A stretch of 64,000 bases of DNA. It comes from Patescibacteria group bacterium. Its GTDB lineage: Bacteria > Patescibacteriota > Minisyncoccia > Phycocordibacterales > Phycocordibacteraceae. The translations under genes were made by a program, and so were the position numbers. The notes beneath the pieces are model-generated. The model made no database searches, had not been told where the DNA came from, and worked only from the letters and a program-made list of their open reading frames with translations. The stretch is taken from NCBI GenBank assembly GCA_004322365.1, contig SCTS01000006.1, positions 4,777-68,776 of the forward strand, in the 5' to 3' direction. Below are positions 56,765 to 64,000 of the stretch, piece by piece (position 1 is the stretch's first letter; the number at the start of each line of letters is the position of its first letter).

Positions 56765-57850
56765 ATGCCTATAGATATTCTCAACCCAGTTTCTTCAACA
56801 TACATCTTCGCAGTACTGCTGTTCGTGGGGCTGTTGTTTTCGTTGAAGAAAAAAGAAAGTACGGAACTCCTCCCCCCAACCCTTTCACAAGAACTTAAGG
56901 GGTTTGCGATGCTTGCGATTATTTTGGCGCACATTGGATATTTTTTAGTAAACGACCATCGGTTTCTTTTTCCTTTATCAATTTTCGCAGGTGTGGGGGT
57001 AGACCTCTTTCTTTTTCTCTCTGGTTTCGGACTTGCACTGTCTGCTCTCAGAAAGAAGCTTTCGCCAAGAGATTTTTATCGACGACACCTTCCTAAGCTG
57101 TATATCCCTTTTTGGATAGTACTTACAGTGCTTTTCGTTGCTGACTTTCTGTTACTCAACACCACCCGCTCTTGGAGCTACATAGTGCAATCGTTTTTCG
57201 GCTTCTTTCCTCATGCGAATCTCTTTACTGATATCAACTCACCTCTTTGGTATTTCACCTTCATACTTTTTTTCTATCTTATATTTCCTATTCTGTTCTT
57301 CAAACAAAGACCACTACTTTCAGCAGTTCTGATGTATGTCGGGGTGCAAAGTGTCATGTTTTTACACCTACCTATTCTAAAAAACGTTGAACATCTCTAC
57401 CTACTCCATACCGTTGCGTTTCCATTAGGTGTAGCTGTTGCGGGGCTCTATCAGAGATATTCAAAAAACCGTGAGTACATAGAGAGTCAAATTAAAAAAG
57501 TGAGTATGTGGATCCTGGTTCCAAGCATGTTGTGCATTACAGGAATCTTTTCTTATTTTGCGTATTTCTCTGGCGTCGGTACACCATCACAGCAATATAT
57601 AAGCCTCTTGGTGACACTCTTACTTCTTATTCTTTTCATTCTCAAACCTTTTCGTATCAGCTTTTTCTATCTTTTGGGAATATACTCCTACGAGCTCTAC
57701 CTCATACACTGGCCTCTTATGTCACGGTACGACATTCTCTATTCACACCTCCCTGCATGGCTAGCCACTACGCTGTATATCCCTCTGCTTTTGGGATTAG
57801 CTTGGTTGTTGCACAAAGCGGTTGAAGTTATGTTGAAAAAGAAAAATTAG
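56765..57850 (+). CDS. acyltransferase family 3 (OafA-like) membrane protein
   Basis: About 10 TM helices; conserved His-containing N-terminal helix (ILAHIGYF); 361 aa. Confidence 0.7.
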   Translation: MPIDILNPVSSTYIFAVLLFVGLLFSLKKKESTELLPPTLSQELKGFAMLAIILAHIGYFLVNDHRFLFPLSIFAGVGVDLFLFLSGFGLALSALRKKLSPRDFYRRHLPKLYIPFWIVLTVLFVADFLLLNTTRSWSYIVQSFFGFFPHANLFTDINSPLWYFTFILFFYLIFPILFFKQRPLLSAVLMYVGVQSVMFLHLPILKNVEHLYLLHTVAFPLGVAVAGLYQRYSKNREYIESQIKKVSMWILVPSMLCITGIFSYFAYFSGVGTPSQQYISLLVTLLLLILFILKPFRISFFYLLGIYSYELYLIHWPLMSRYDILYSHLPAWLATTLYIPLLLGLAWLLHKAVEVMLKKKN

Positions 57851-57884
57851 TTAGGTGTTGTGCAAAAATAGCTAAGATTGACTC

Positions 57885-58382
57885 TTACATTTTTCCTTTA
57901 CCGAACGCATTCCAAGGAAGCTTGATATTTGATTCTGGAAAACTGCTCAACACCCACTGCACGTAGGTATTGCTGTTAGGACCTAAAAGCGAGTAATAAT
58001 CTCGATGTGGATACGAGGTAATGGAATTTTCAATGTAGGTGGCCATACGCTCAGCAACCGAACCCGCACCGCCTTCTACTACACCTACAATTACCCCTTT
58101 CCAATGCGTGTGATGTATAGAGGGAAATATTTCTAAGCCTTCGAAAGGAGGTTTTGCATTTTTATGTAGACGACCAGAACACTCCTCGCACGAGTGTGTT
58201 CCAAAAAATCTTCTACTTTCTTCGGTATTGTAACGGCCGATTCCAAATCGTGACACTATTCCCCTTTGATTTATGACAAGCCACGGGTGTACAGCGAACG
58301 AAAATGGCATCGTTGCTGGGCACACCATGACAAAGACTTGATAGATATCTTTTCGTACCAAAGAGACTAGAGGTTCGTGCAT
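57885..58382 (-). CDS. hypothetical protein
   Basis: 165 aa; no recognisable motifs beyond a CEEC pair. Confidence 0.3.
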   Translation of the reverse strand: MHEPLVSLVRKDIYQVFVMVCPATMPFSFAVHPWLVINQRGIVSRFGIGRYNTEESRRFFGTHSCEECSGRLHKNAKPPFEGLEIFPSIHHTHWKGVIVGVVEGGAGSVAERMATYIENSITSYPHRDYYSLLGPNSNTYVQWVLSSFPESNIKLPWNAFGKGKM

Positions 58383-58486
58383 AAAAAATTAGTTGCGAAA
58401 GGGAAATTTATTTTAGCAAAGTTACCTGAGTATATGAAGATACGTGGATATAGAACACAGACAAAATATTAGATAATTGCATGCAA

Positions 58487-59074
58487 TTAAAGAATCTTCT
58501 CTCGAAAAAGAATTAACTCACTAGACTCAGGTATTGCTTCATCGCCAGTCAGTCGGAACCCAAACTCTTCGTACATGTCTTGCGCAACGACCTCTTCAGG
58601 TGCAGTAGTTGTCCATAGTCGTAATTTCTCAAAACCAATTAAGCGAGCCTTGGAAATAGTTTTTTTAAGCAATGACCGCCCATACCCCTTCCCGCGATAC
58701 TGAGGAGTAACCCCAAACCACCCAAGCCATGCTACATCATTCGTATCCTCCATTTTTGTTTCAAGACCAGTGATTCCTGCCACATCGTGTGACTTTTTTG
58801 ATTTCGTGGCAACCCAATACTTCTGGGTTTTTATACCATTCGCGAGCATCTCCTCATTAAATCTTTCAGGTTCCAAACTCATTCGATAATCCCGTTCAAC
58901 TGCGATTTGATCTTTTGGATTACCAAATATTTCAAAAGCAGAACCGAGGGCGCGTGAAAATATTGAAGGGGAAATCCCATGCAACTTTATACGCGCACTT
59001 TTATGGTGATGTTCTTGGATCCTTTCATCACCATAGGAAACATAGGAAACACCTTGAGGAGACTCAAAACTCAT
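58487..59074 (-). CDS. GNAT family N-acetyltransferase
   Basis: Motif A region VAWLGWFGVTPQYRGKGYGRSLL (Q/RxxGxG/A). Confidence 0.75.
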   Translation of the reverse strand: MSFESPQGVSYVSYGDERIQEHHHKSARIKLHGISPSIFSRALGSAFEIFGNPKDQIAVERDYRMSLEPERFNEEMLANGIKTQKYWVATKSKKSHDVAGITGLETKMEDTNDVAWLGWFGVTPQYRGKGYGRSLLKKTISKARLIGFEKLRLWTTTAPEEVVAQDMYEEFGFRLTGDEAIPESSELILFREKIL

Positions 59075-59162
59075 ACCTTATAAAATATACTCTTCTGTTC
59101 GAAGTAAGTAAAAAAGTATCTTTTGTATACAAGCAACTATAGTCGCTTCGCTCGTTATTTTT

Positions 59163-59220
59163 GCGGGGCCACAAGGATTCGCCTCTCGTCGCTGCTGCAA
59201 CTCGAAACCTACGGCCGCTC
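59163..59220. repeat. repeat C: tRNA-Trp 3'-end-like fragment (GGCCACAAGGATTCG) joined to the conserved repeat body (CTCTCG..CTCGAAACCTACGGCCGCTC)
   Basis: 16/17 match to 59546-59562 of tRNA-Trp. Body shared with repeat A. Confidence 0.55.
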
Positions 59221-59223
59221 AAA

Positions 59224-59457
59224 TCAAGATAGATGCCTTTTTATGAAAGCTCTTCCGGAACCTGATTTGAGATATTTTTCAAACTCAAATGCTTTGTATT
59301 TATCTGCGATAGCAACATAGAATTCCAAAGCTACAGGTAGACGCTCTCTCGTGGCAAGAACTTGACCTTTCATATGCCTACTCATTCTATCTTTCAAATC
59401 AGTAGTACATCCAATATAGAATCCGTCTTTGCACTTTAAGCTATATACATACCACAT
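59224..59457 (-). CDS. GIY-YIG nuclease family protein (small)
   Basis: YVYSLKCKDGFYIGCTTDLKDRMSRH carries the GIY..YIG and catalytic Arg motifs. 77 aa. Confidence 0.7.
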   Translation of the reverse strand: MWYVYSLKCKDGFYIGCTTDLKDRMSRHMKGQVLATRERLPVALEFYVAIADKYKAFEFEKYLKSGSGRAFIKRHLS

Positions 59458-59543
59458 AAAATTTCACTTCAGCGGGTTTCACCACGCCGAAGCCATGACG
59501 AATCCCACCTTCGTCTCGAGACGGGACTTCGGCGTGGCAAAGG

Positions 59544-59614
59544 CGGGCCCACAAGGATTCGAACCTTGATCGACGGTTTTGGAGACCGTAATTCTACCAT
59601 TGAACTATAGGCCC
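59544..59614 (-). tRNA. tRNA-Trp (anticodon CCA)
   Basis: Manual fold: acceptor GGGCCTA/TGGGCCC, anticodon stem ACGGT/ACCGT with loop CTCCAAA, T-arm CAAGG-TTCGAAT-CCTTG. Confidence 0.8.
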
Positions 59615-59685
59615 TATTGAGTCACCAGTATAAATGAAAAAAGGGAAAAAGTATTTCCCTTTCAAACATCAAAAATAAGCAATGC

Positions 59686-59844
59686 TTACTTTTTAGCTTC
59701 TTTGAAGGTCACGCGCTTCCTGACCACTGGGTCGTACTTTTTGAGCGCCATTTTTGTATTCGCAAGCTTCTTTTTGTTTTTGGTAGTCCAAATAACATGG
59801 CCAGAAGCCGAGGATTTCATCTTGATGAGGTTATCTTGTGACAT
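59686..59844 (-). CDS. rpmG: 50S ribosomal protein L33
   Basis: 52-aa ORF, below the 60-aa threshold of the ORF track: [52 protein letters not shown]. Matches L33 (..[28 protein letters not shown]). Confidence 0.8.
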   Translation of the reverse strand: MSQDNLIKMKSSASGHVIWTTKNKKKLANTKMALKKYDPVVRKRVTFKEAKK

Positions 59845-59895
59845 GCCGTGTACTATACCTCAGGTTCTACTATGGGTCAAAATCCGAGAATCTCC

Positions 59896-60417
59896 TTATA
59901 CTCCCTGCCCCAAAGACCCACTTGCTCGCTTAACAAGCTCATCTCTCAAAACCTCTGCATCTGCTTTTGATACTCCAGGTAATCTTCCTTCTGCGCTGAT
60001 ACCTGCCATCCCATATCGGCTTATCGAAGCACTCGCCCCTGCCGTTTGAATATGCAAATCTGAAAGACCTAGTAAGCGCGCCAGAATGCCACGATTAATA
60101 TCAACATTTTGGATTCGTGCATAAGGTATGGTGACGTATTTTTTCCAAATTACTCCAGATTCCTTACGAAACCCTAAATCGGTTAACTCGTAGCGATAGT
60201 AGTGATATGAGAGCTTTGCCCAAATAAATGATAATGCTATCAAAACGAGGAATATCAGCACGAGCCATGTTACGAGGGTAATAATCCAATTTCCATCGAA
60301 GATCCCTTCAATCGCAATCAACACTACCCATCCGGTAAACATCATACTGAGTACGAATGACCCGAATACGGAGCTAAGAAAAAATAACCACACTGCTTTT
60401 TTGTCTAGTTGTTTCAT
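59896..60417 (-). CDS. bacterial PH-domain (bPH_2/YdbS-like) membrane protein
   Basis: Two N-terminal TM helices then PH-like domain (YRYELTDLGFRKESGVIWKKYVTIPYARIQNVDI..). Confidence 0.6.
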   Translation of the reverse strand: MKQLDKKAVWLFFLSSVFGSFVLSMMFTGWVVLIAIEGIFDGNWIITLVTWLVLIFLVLIALSFIWAKLSYHYYRYELTDLGFRKESGVIWKKYVTIPYARIQNVDINRGILARLLGLSDLHIQTAGASASISRYGMAGISAEGRLPGVSKADAEVLRDELVKRASGSLGQGV

Positions 60418-60465
60418 AGAAAATATATAAATAAGTGAACTCCTTTCAGTATATAACAAATCTCG

Positions 60466-60550
60466 GGTTGGATTCGCTTCTCGCGTTTGACCCTCAAAGG
60501 GAGACGAGGCGTCTTGAGCTCGAAACCTACGGTCGCTGTGCGGACAACAG
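60466..60550. repeat. repeat A: tRNA-Tyr T-arm-like fragment (GGGTTGGATTCG) joined to repeat body with GGAGACGAGGCGTCTTG hairpin and CTCGAAACCTACGGTCGCTGTGCGGACAAC
   Basis: 12/12 identity to 63354-63365 of tRNA-Tyr. Same orientation as repeat B on the other side of the copper cassette. Confidence 0.6.
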
Positions 60551-60600
60551 TTCCAACTGCAACTATTCAGAATAGATGAAGAAACTTGTTGTTCATATGA

Positions 60601-60819
60601 TTAGATAATTTCCCCTGTCTTCTCAAGCATCATGTGATGGATGGTGCTGATGGCAAGCCAGATTGCAATAAGCATGAGGACAGCTGAGCACATGAGTGCA
60701 TCCATTTTCGTGATTCCGAACACGTCCTCAGAATTACCGAAAACACTAATCAAGAAAGATACAACTCCAATAAATCCGGCAACTACACTGCCTACATGTA
60801 TTGCTTTTGATAGTTTCAT
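60601..60819 (-). CDS. small 2-TM HHM-motif membrane protein (paralog of 5476-5697)
   Basis: 72 aa; about 45% identical to the locus-1 paralog; 24 bp downstream of the copB-type ATPase. Confidence 0.5.
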   Translation of the reverse strand: MKLSKAIHVGSVVAGFIGVVSFLISVFGNSEDVFGITKMDALMCSAVLMLIAIWLAISTIHHMMLEKTGEII

Positions 60820-60842
60820 AATTTTATTTTATTTTTTAATAT

Positions 60843-62762
60843 TTATAAAGTTCTTCTTCCCAGCAGAACCGCATTGATCGCCACAATGACAGTTGAAAGA
60901 GACATGAACACCGCCGCTAACCACGGTTGCAATATAATACCCCAAGGCGCGAGTACTCCAGCAGCCAATGGAATAGCGACGACGTTATAGCCGGTTGCCC
61001 AGAAGAGATTCTGGATCATTTTATTGTAGGTAAGACGGGAGAGATTAAAAATTTTCGGAATATCTCTCGGGTCATTTTTAACAAGTATTATTCCCGCAGA
61101 TTCAATGGCCACGTTTGTACCTGCGCCAATTGCGATACCTAGGTTTGCTTGAGCAAGAGCGGGGGCATCATTTACTCCGTCGCCAACCATTGCAACTCTG
61201 CGACCATTACTTTGGAGCAACTTTACTTTTTCAGATTTTTCTTCAGGTCGAACGCACGCAAAATACTCATCAATACCAAGCTCGTTGGCAACTTCTTTCG
61301 CTACGTCCTCGGAATCTCCCGTAATCATCGAGACTAAAATGCCTGCTTCTTTCAAATGTGCCACTGCTTCCTTTGCTTCAGGGCGAACAGAATCGGCTAC
61401 TACGATCGTGCCAATAACCTCACCATCTTTTTCAACGACAATATCCTTACCACCTCGATGACCAACAAAAATAGTAATGCCGTCCACTTTTGCTTCTACT
61501 CCAGTACCCGCGATAGTTTTAAACTCTCTTACTTCTCCAATGTGTAGATTTCTCTTTTGAGCTTCTTTCAGAATTGCCTTGCCGATTGGGTGCTCGGAGT
61601 TTGTTTCCACTGCGGCTGCGAGTGCAAGTACCTCATCTGAGGTTACTGAAACGACACCAAATTCTCCTTTGGTGAGCGTACCCGTTTTATCGAACAAGAC
61701 CGTATCAATCTTCCGAGCTTCTTCAAGTGCGATTCTTTGGCGGATTAACAAACCATTTCTTGCTGCCATTGTTGTTGATATCGCAGCAACTAGCGGTACT
61801 GCCAGACCTAGTGCATGAGGGCAGGCAATTACGAGAACGGCGACAAAACGCTCGACAGCGGTGAGAGTGCCGGCGCCTAGAGCGATCCATGCTGTAAACG
61901 TAATGCCCCCACCAACGATAGCTACAATGGTGAGATAGAACGCAGCTTGATCTGAAAGCACCTGTAATCGCGACTTTGACGCCTGTGCCTCAGCTACCAG
62001 GCGCATTACTCCTGCAAGAAACGTTTTCTCTCCAATGGTACTAATCTCAACTGTGAGGCTACCATCTCCATTTATTGAACCAGCGATGACCTCGGCGCCT
62101 ACAGTTTTTCGCACTGGCTTCGATTCTCCTGTAAGAATGGATTCATTTACATTTGATAGCCCCTCAATTACTTTGCCATCAGCAGGGATTTTTGAGCCCG
62201 GCTTTATCAAAACAACATCGCCAACCTTAAGTTCAGAAATTGAGATCGTTATCGTAGAGCCACCACGAATAACATCTGCAGTATCAGGGAGCAGTTTTGA
62301 TAACTCTTTGAGTGCCCCTTGTGCGTTGGTGACAGATTTCATCTCAATCCAATGACCAAGAAGCATAATTGTTATTAGAGACGCGAGTTCAAACATCAGA
62401 TCATGCATCCCGCCTGAGAGTATTGAGAAGGTGCTATACGCGTAAGCGGCAGTAACTGCAATGGCAATGAGCGTCATCATGCCGGGCAATCTGTCTTTTA
62501 GCTCCCGGTATGCACTTTGGAGAAATACCCAACCACAGTAAAAGTAGGTAACCGAGCCGAGTAGAAGCAAAAGGTATTGCCACCCGATGAACTCGGGACC
62601 ACGAATATTAAAAACCTCCATAGCCATTTCTGAGTAGAAGAAAATGGGGACGGAAAGTACCAAAGAAATCCAGAACTTCTTTAAGAAGTCGGCAGTGTGA
62701 TGCCCGGCGTGTTTGTCATGCTGTGCCTCATGCTGGTGATGAGGCGAGTGGTTGTGGTCCAT
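60843..62762 (-). CDS. P1B-type heavy-metal ATPase, CopB-like (CPH motif, His-rich N-terminus, no HMA domain)
   Basis: MDHNHSPHHQHEAQHDKHAGHH N-terminus, [26 protein letters not shown]. Confidence 0.85.
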   Translation of the reverse strand: MDHNHSPHHQHEAQHDKHAGHHTADFLKKFWISLVLSVPIFFYSEMAMEVFNIRGPEFIGWQYLLLLLGSVTYFYCGWVFLQSAYRELKDRLPGMMTLIAIAVTAAYAYSTFSILSGGMHDLMFELASLITIMLLGHWIEMKSVTNAQGALKELSKLLPDTADVIRGGSTITISISELKVGDVVLIKPGSKIPADGKVIEGLSNVNESILTGESKPVRKTVGAEVIAGSINGDGSLTVEISTIGEKTFLAGVMRLVAEAQASKSRLQVLSDQAAFYLTIVAIVGGGITFTAWIALGAGTLTAVERFVAVLVIACPHALGLAVPLVAAISTTMAARNGLLIRQRIALEEARKIDTVLFDKTGTLTKGEFGVVSVTSDEVLALAAAVETNSEHPIGKAILKEAQKRNLHIGEVREFKTIAGTGVEAKVDGITIFVGHRGGKDIVVEKDGEVIGTIVVADSVRPEAKEAVAHLKEAGILVSMITGDSEDVAKEVANELGIDEYFACVRPEEKSEKVKLLQSNGRRVAMVGDGVNDAPALAQANLGIAIGAGTNVAIESAGIILVKNDPRDIPKIFNLSRLTYNKMIQNLFWATGYNVVAIPLAAGVLAPWGIILQPWLAAVFMSLSTVIVAINAVLLGRRTL

Positions 62763-62795
62763 ATTATTTTTTCTTTTGAATTAGCTTGTACACTT

Positions 62796-63035
62796 TCAAC
62801 ATCTCATCGATAGCTTTTTTTCTTTACCGATCTTCATCTGATGTAATACGTGAGTAGATAGGTGGTTTTCAAGCATAAGATTTTCCACTCCGGAAAGCGC
62901 CTCCTTGATTGCATTCGACTGCGTAATAATCTCAATACAGTATTTTTCGTCTTCAATCATCTTCATCAGGCCCTTTAGCTGACCTTGTACAATTTGGAGA
63001 CGACGAACAATTTTTTTCTTAGTATCAGACTTCAT
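62796..63035 (-). CDS. CsoR/RcnR family repressor (second copy)
   Basis: RRLQIVQGQLKGLMKMIE..YC..H..C. Start trimmed to MKSDTKKK. Confidence 0.75.
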   Translation of the reverse strand: MKSDTKKKIVRRLQIVQGQLKGLMKMIEDEKYCIEIITQSNAIKEALSGVENLMLENHLSTHVLHQMKIGKEKKLSMRC

Positions 63036-63042
63036 TATAGTA

Positions 63043-63062
63043 TTATACCCCCTAGGGGTATT
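63043..63062. promoter_or_regulatory. CsoR-type box TATACCCCCTAGGGGTATTA (one G shorter than the locus-1 box), 8 bp upstream of the csoR-2 start
   Basis: Same ATACCCCC-TA-GGGGTAT core as 10129-10156. Confidence 0.6.
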
Positions 63063-63140
63063 AGACACAAACAAAACACCCCTTATTTTTCGAATCCAGC
63101 AAAAAAGTCATTTGTGCGGACATGGGTAAATCTAGACGAA

Positions 63141-63212
63141 TTGGATTCGGTTCTTACATTTGACCCTCAGAGGAAGACAAAGCGTCTTCCGTCCGCGCAC
63201 TTGTGCGGACAC
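63141..63212. repeat. repeat B: TTGGATTCG fragment joined to repeat body (TTTGACCCTCAGAGGAAGACAAAGCGTCTTCC..TGTGCGGACA)
   Basis: About 75% identical to repeat A over 55 nt; lies 135 bp from the tRNA-Tyr 3' end. Confidence 0.6.
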
Positions 63213-63347
63213 GGATAAATCTCCTGACGGAGATTTTCCGCGATCCCCGCCTCGGTATTTTTGCCTTTCGCTTCGCTCAAACAAAAATATACCTGCGGCC
63301 GCGCACAAAGCAGAAAACCTCCCGCAGGGGAGGTATTTCTAGCTTTG

Positions 63348-63430
63348 TGCGCCGGGTTGGATTCGAACCAACGAAGACCGAAGTCAGGAGATTTACAGTC
63401 TCCCCTCGTTGACCACTTGAGTACCGACGC
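63348..63430 (-). tRNA. tRNA-Tyr (anticodon GTA)
   Basis: Manual fold: acceptor GCGTCGG/CCGGCGC (one G-T pair), anticodon loop CTGTAAA, long variable hairpin TGACTTCGGTCTTCG, T-arm GTTGG-TTCGAAT-CCAAC. Confidence 0.8.
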
Positions 63431-63475
63431 AACTAACTAGCCAGTTATGGCTAGTTGCTACAGTAACACTTTTCT

Positions 63476-64000
63476 TTAGTTTTTTGAACTCGCCGCTCCG
63501 ACTTTCGCACGGTGTGACTTAGTAGCACGGGCACTCTTCACAACATCAAAAACAAACTCATTCCCCTTCATGCTGACGCTCACGGTACCTCCCTGCATCA
63601 CGCCACGGGACACCATAAACGATGCTACCGGCGTGAGAATCTTAGATTGAATCAAGCGTTTCAATGGTCTAGCGCCGTACTGAGGGCTATAGCCTTCTTT
63701 AGCAAGGTACGCATACACTTCAGGATGTATTGCGAGCTTAATGTCTTTCGTAGCGAGTCTATCTTCCACAATCTTCACCTGCATATCAACAATGTTCTTT
63801 ATTGCTTCTACCGAGAGAATGTTAAAGACAATAATCTCATCGAGACGGTTCAAGAATTCTGGTCTGAAGTAATCTTTCAGACGACCCATGACTTTCTCTT
63901 TGGCAATGGCATATTCAGCAACATCACTGCCATTTGCTGAGCTAAATCCGAAGCTCGACATCTTATCGATGAACTCAGCTCCGATGTTTGAAGTCAAAAT
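63476..64000 (-). CDS. Clp ATPase (ClpB/ClpC-type), C-terminal portion; gene continues past window end
   Basis: D2 small-domain region (..YGARPLKRLIQ..). ORF open to the window edge. Confidence 0.7.
   Translation of the reverse strand: MLTSNIGAEFIDKMSSFGFSSANGSDVAEYAIAKEKVMGRLKDYFRPEFLNRLDEIIVFNILSVEAIKNIVDMQVKIVEDRLATKDIKLAIHPEVYAYLAKEGYSPQYGARPLKRLIQSKILTPVASFMVSRGVMQGGTVSVSMKGNEFVFDVVKSARATKSHRAKVGAASSKN

Noticed and set aside
59702-60049. 115-aa plus-strand ORF
   Set aside because: Overlaps the clear rpmG (L33) ORF and the bPH-domain gene on the opposite strand.

Overview
This is a gene-dense bacterial chromosomal window, low GC (roughly 40-45% by eye), read in the standard genetic code. 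The short dnaX, many small secreted or hypothetical proteins, a DUF2779 nuclease and a pilin-hydrolase fusion give it the look of a small-genome or candidate-phyla-type bacterium; that is an impression, not a computation.

Main blocks by position:
1. 0.2-2.1 kb: cupin protein, RsuA/RluB-type pseudouridine synthase, VIT1 transporter.
2. 2.1-15.7 kb: a 14-gene run, all on the minus strand, for copper/heavy-metal resistance. It holds ArsR with two 30-bp palindromic boxes, an HMA-permease fusion, DUF305, a YVTN propeller, CopA, CsoR with tandem palindromic operators, a CusA/CusB-like RND pair and small His-rich proteins.
3. 15.9-20.1 kb: PLP decarboxylase, DenV-like pyrimidine-dimer glycosylase, TspO, CcdA-thioredoxin fusion, Met-rich thioredoxin.
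4. 20.2-28.5 kb: a compositionally heterogeneous accessory island abutting tRNA-Gln. It carries an XRE regulator pair, a truncated RhuM, a GC-rich M14 peptidase, a DUF2779 Cas4-like nuclease, a three-gene MboI/DpnII-like R-M system, a HEPN-like protein next to a cytoplasmic S1 protease, and tRNA-Gln fragments.
5. 29.3-41.7 kb: dnaX and a complete de novo pyrimidine cluster (carAB, pyrE, pyrD, pyrB, pyrC, pyrF), plus a RibA-like cyclohydrolase, a gmk-like kinase and a paralogous pair of zinc-ribbon proteins.
6. 41.8-54.1 kb: housekeeping genes (dus, ftsQ-like, serS, dprA, topA, rsh, parB, tRNA-Leu, 5-FCL, peroxiredoxin, miaA).
7. 54.1-59.1 kb: envelope and hypothetical genes, including a pilin-like/M15 peptidase fusion.
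8. 59.1-63.4 kb: a GIY-YIG cassette at tRNA-Trp, rpmG (missed by the ORF track), and a second copper cassette (CopB-type CPH ATPase, CsoR-2, HHM small protein). That cassette is bounded by a repeat family carrying tRNA T-arm-like fragments, next to tRNA-Tyr.
9. 63.5-64.0 kb: the 3' part of a clpB/clpC gene, cut by the window end.

Non-coding highlights: three families of intergenic repeats (heptamer arrays in 5' leaders, a 44-bp palindrome present twice, and the tRNA-fragment repeats A-D); operator-like palindromes for ArsR, CsoR and XRE; several clean bidirectional terminators.
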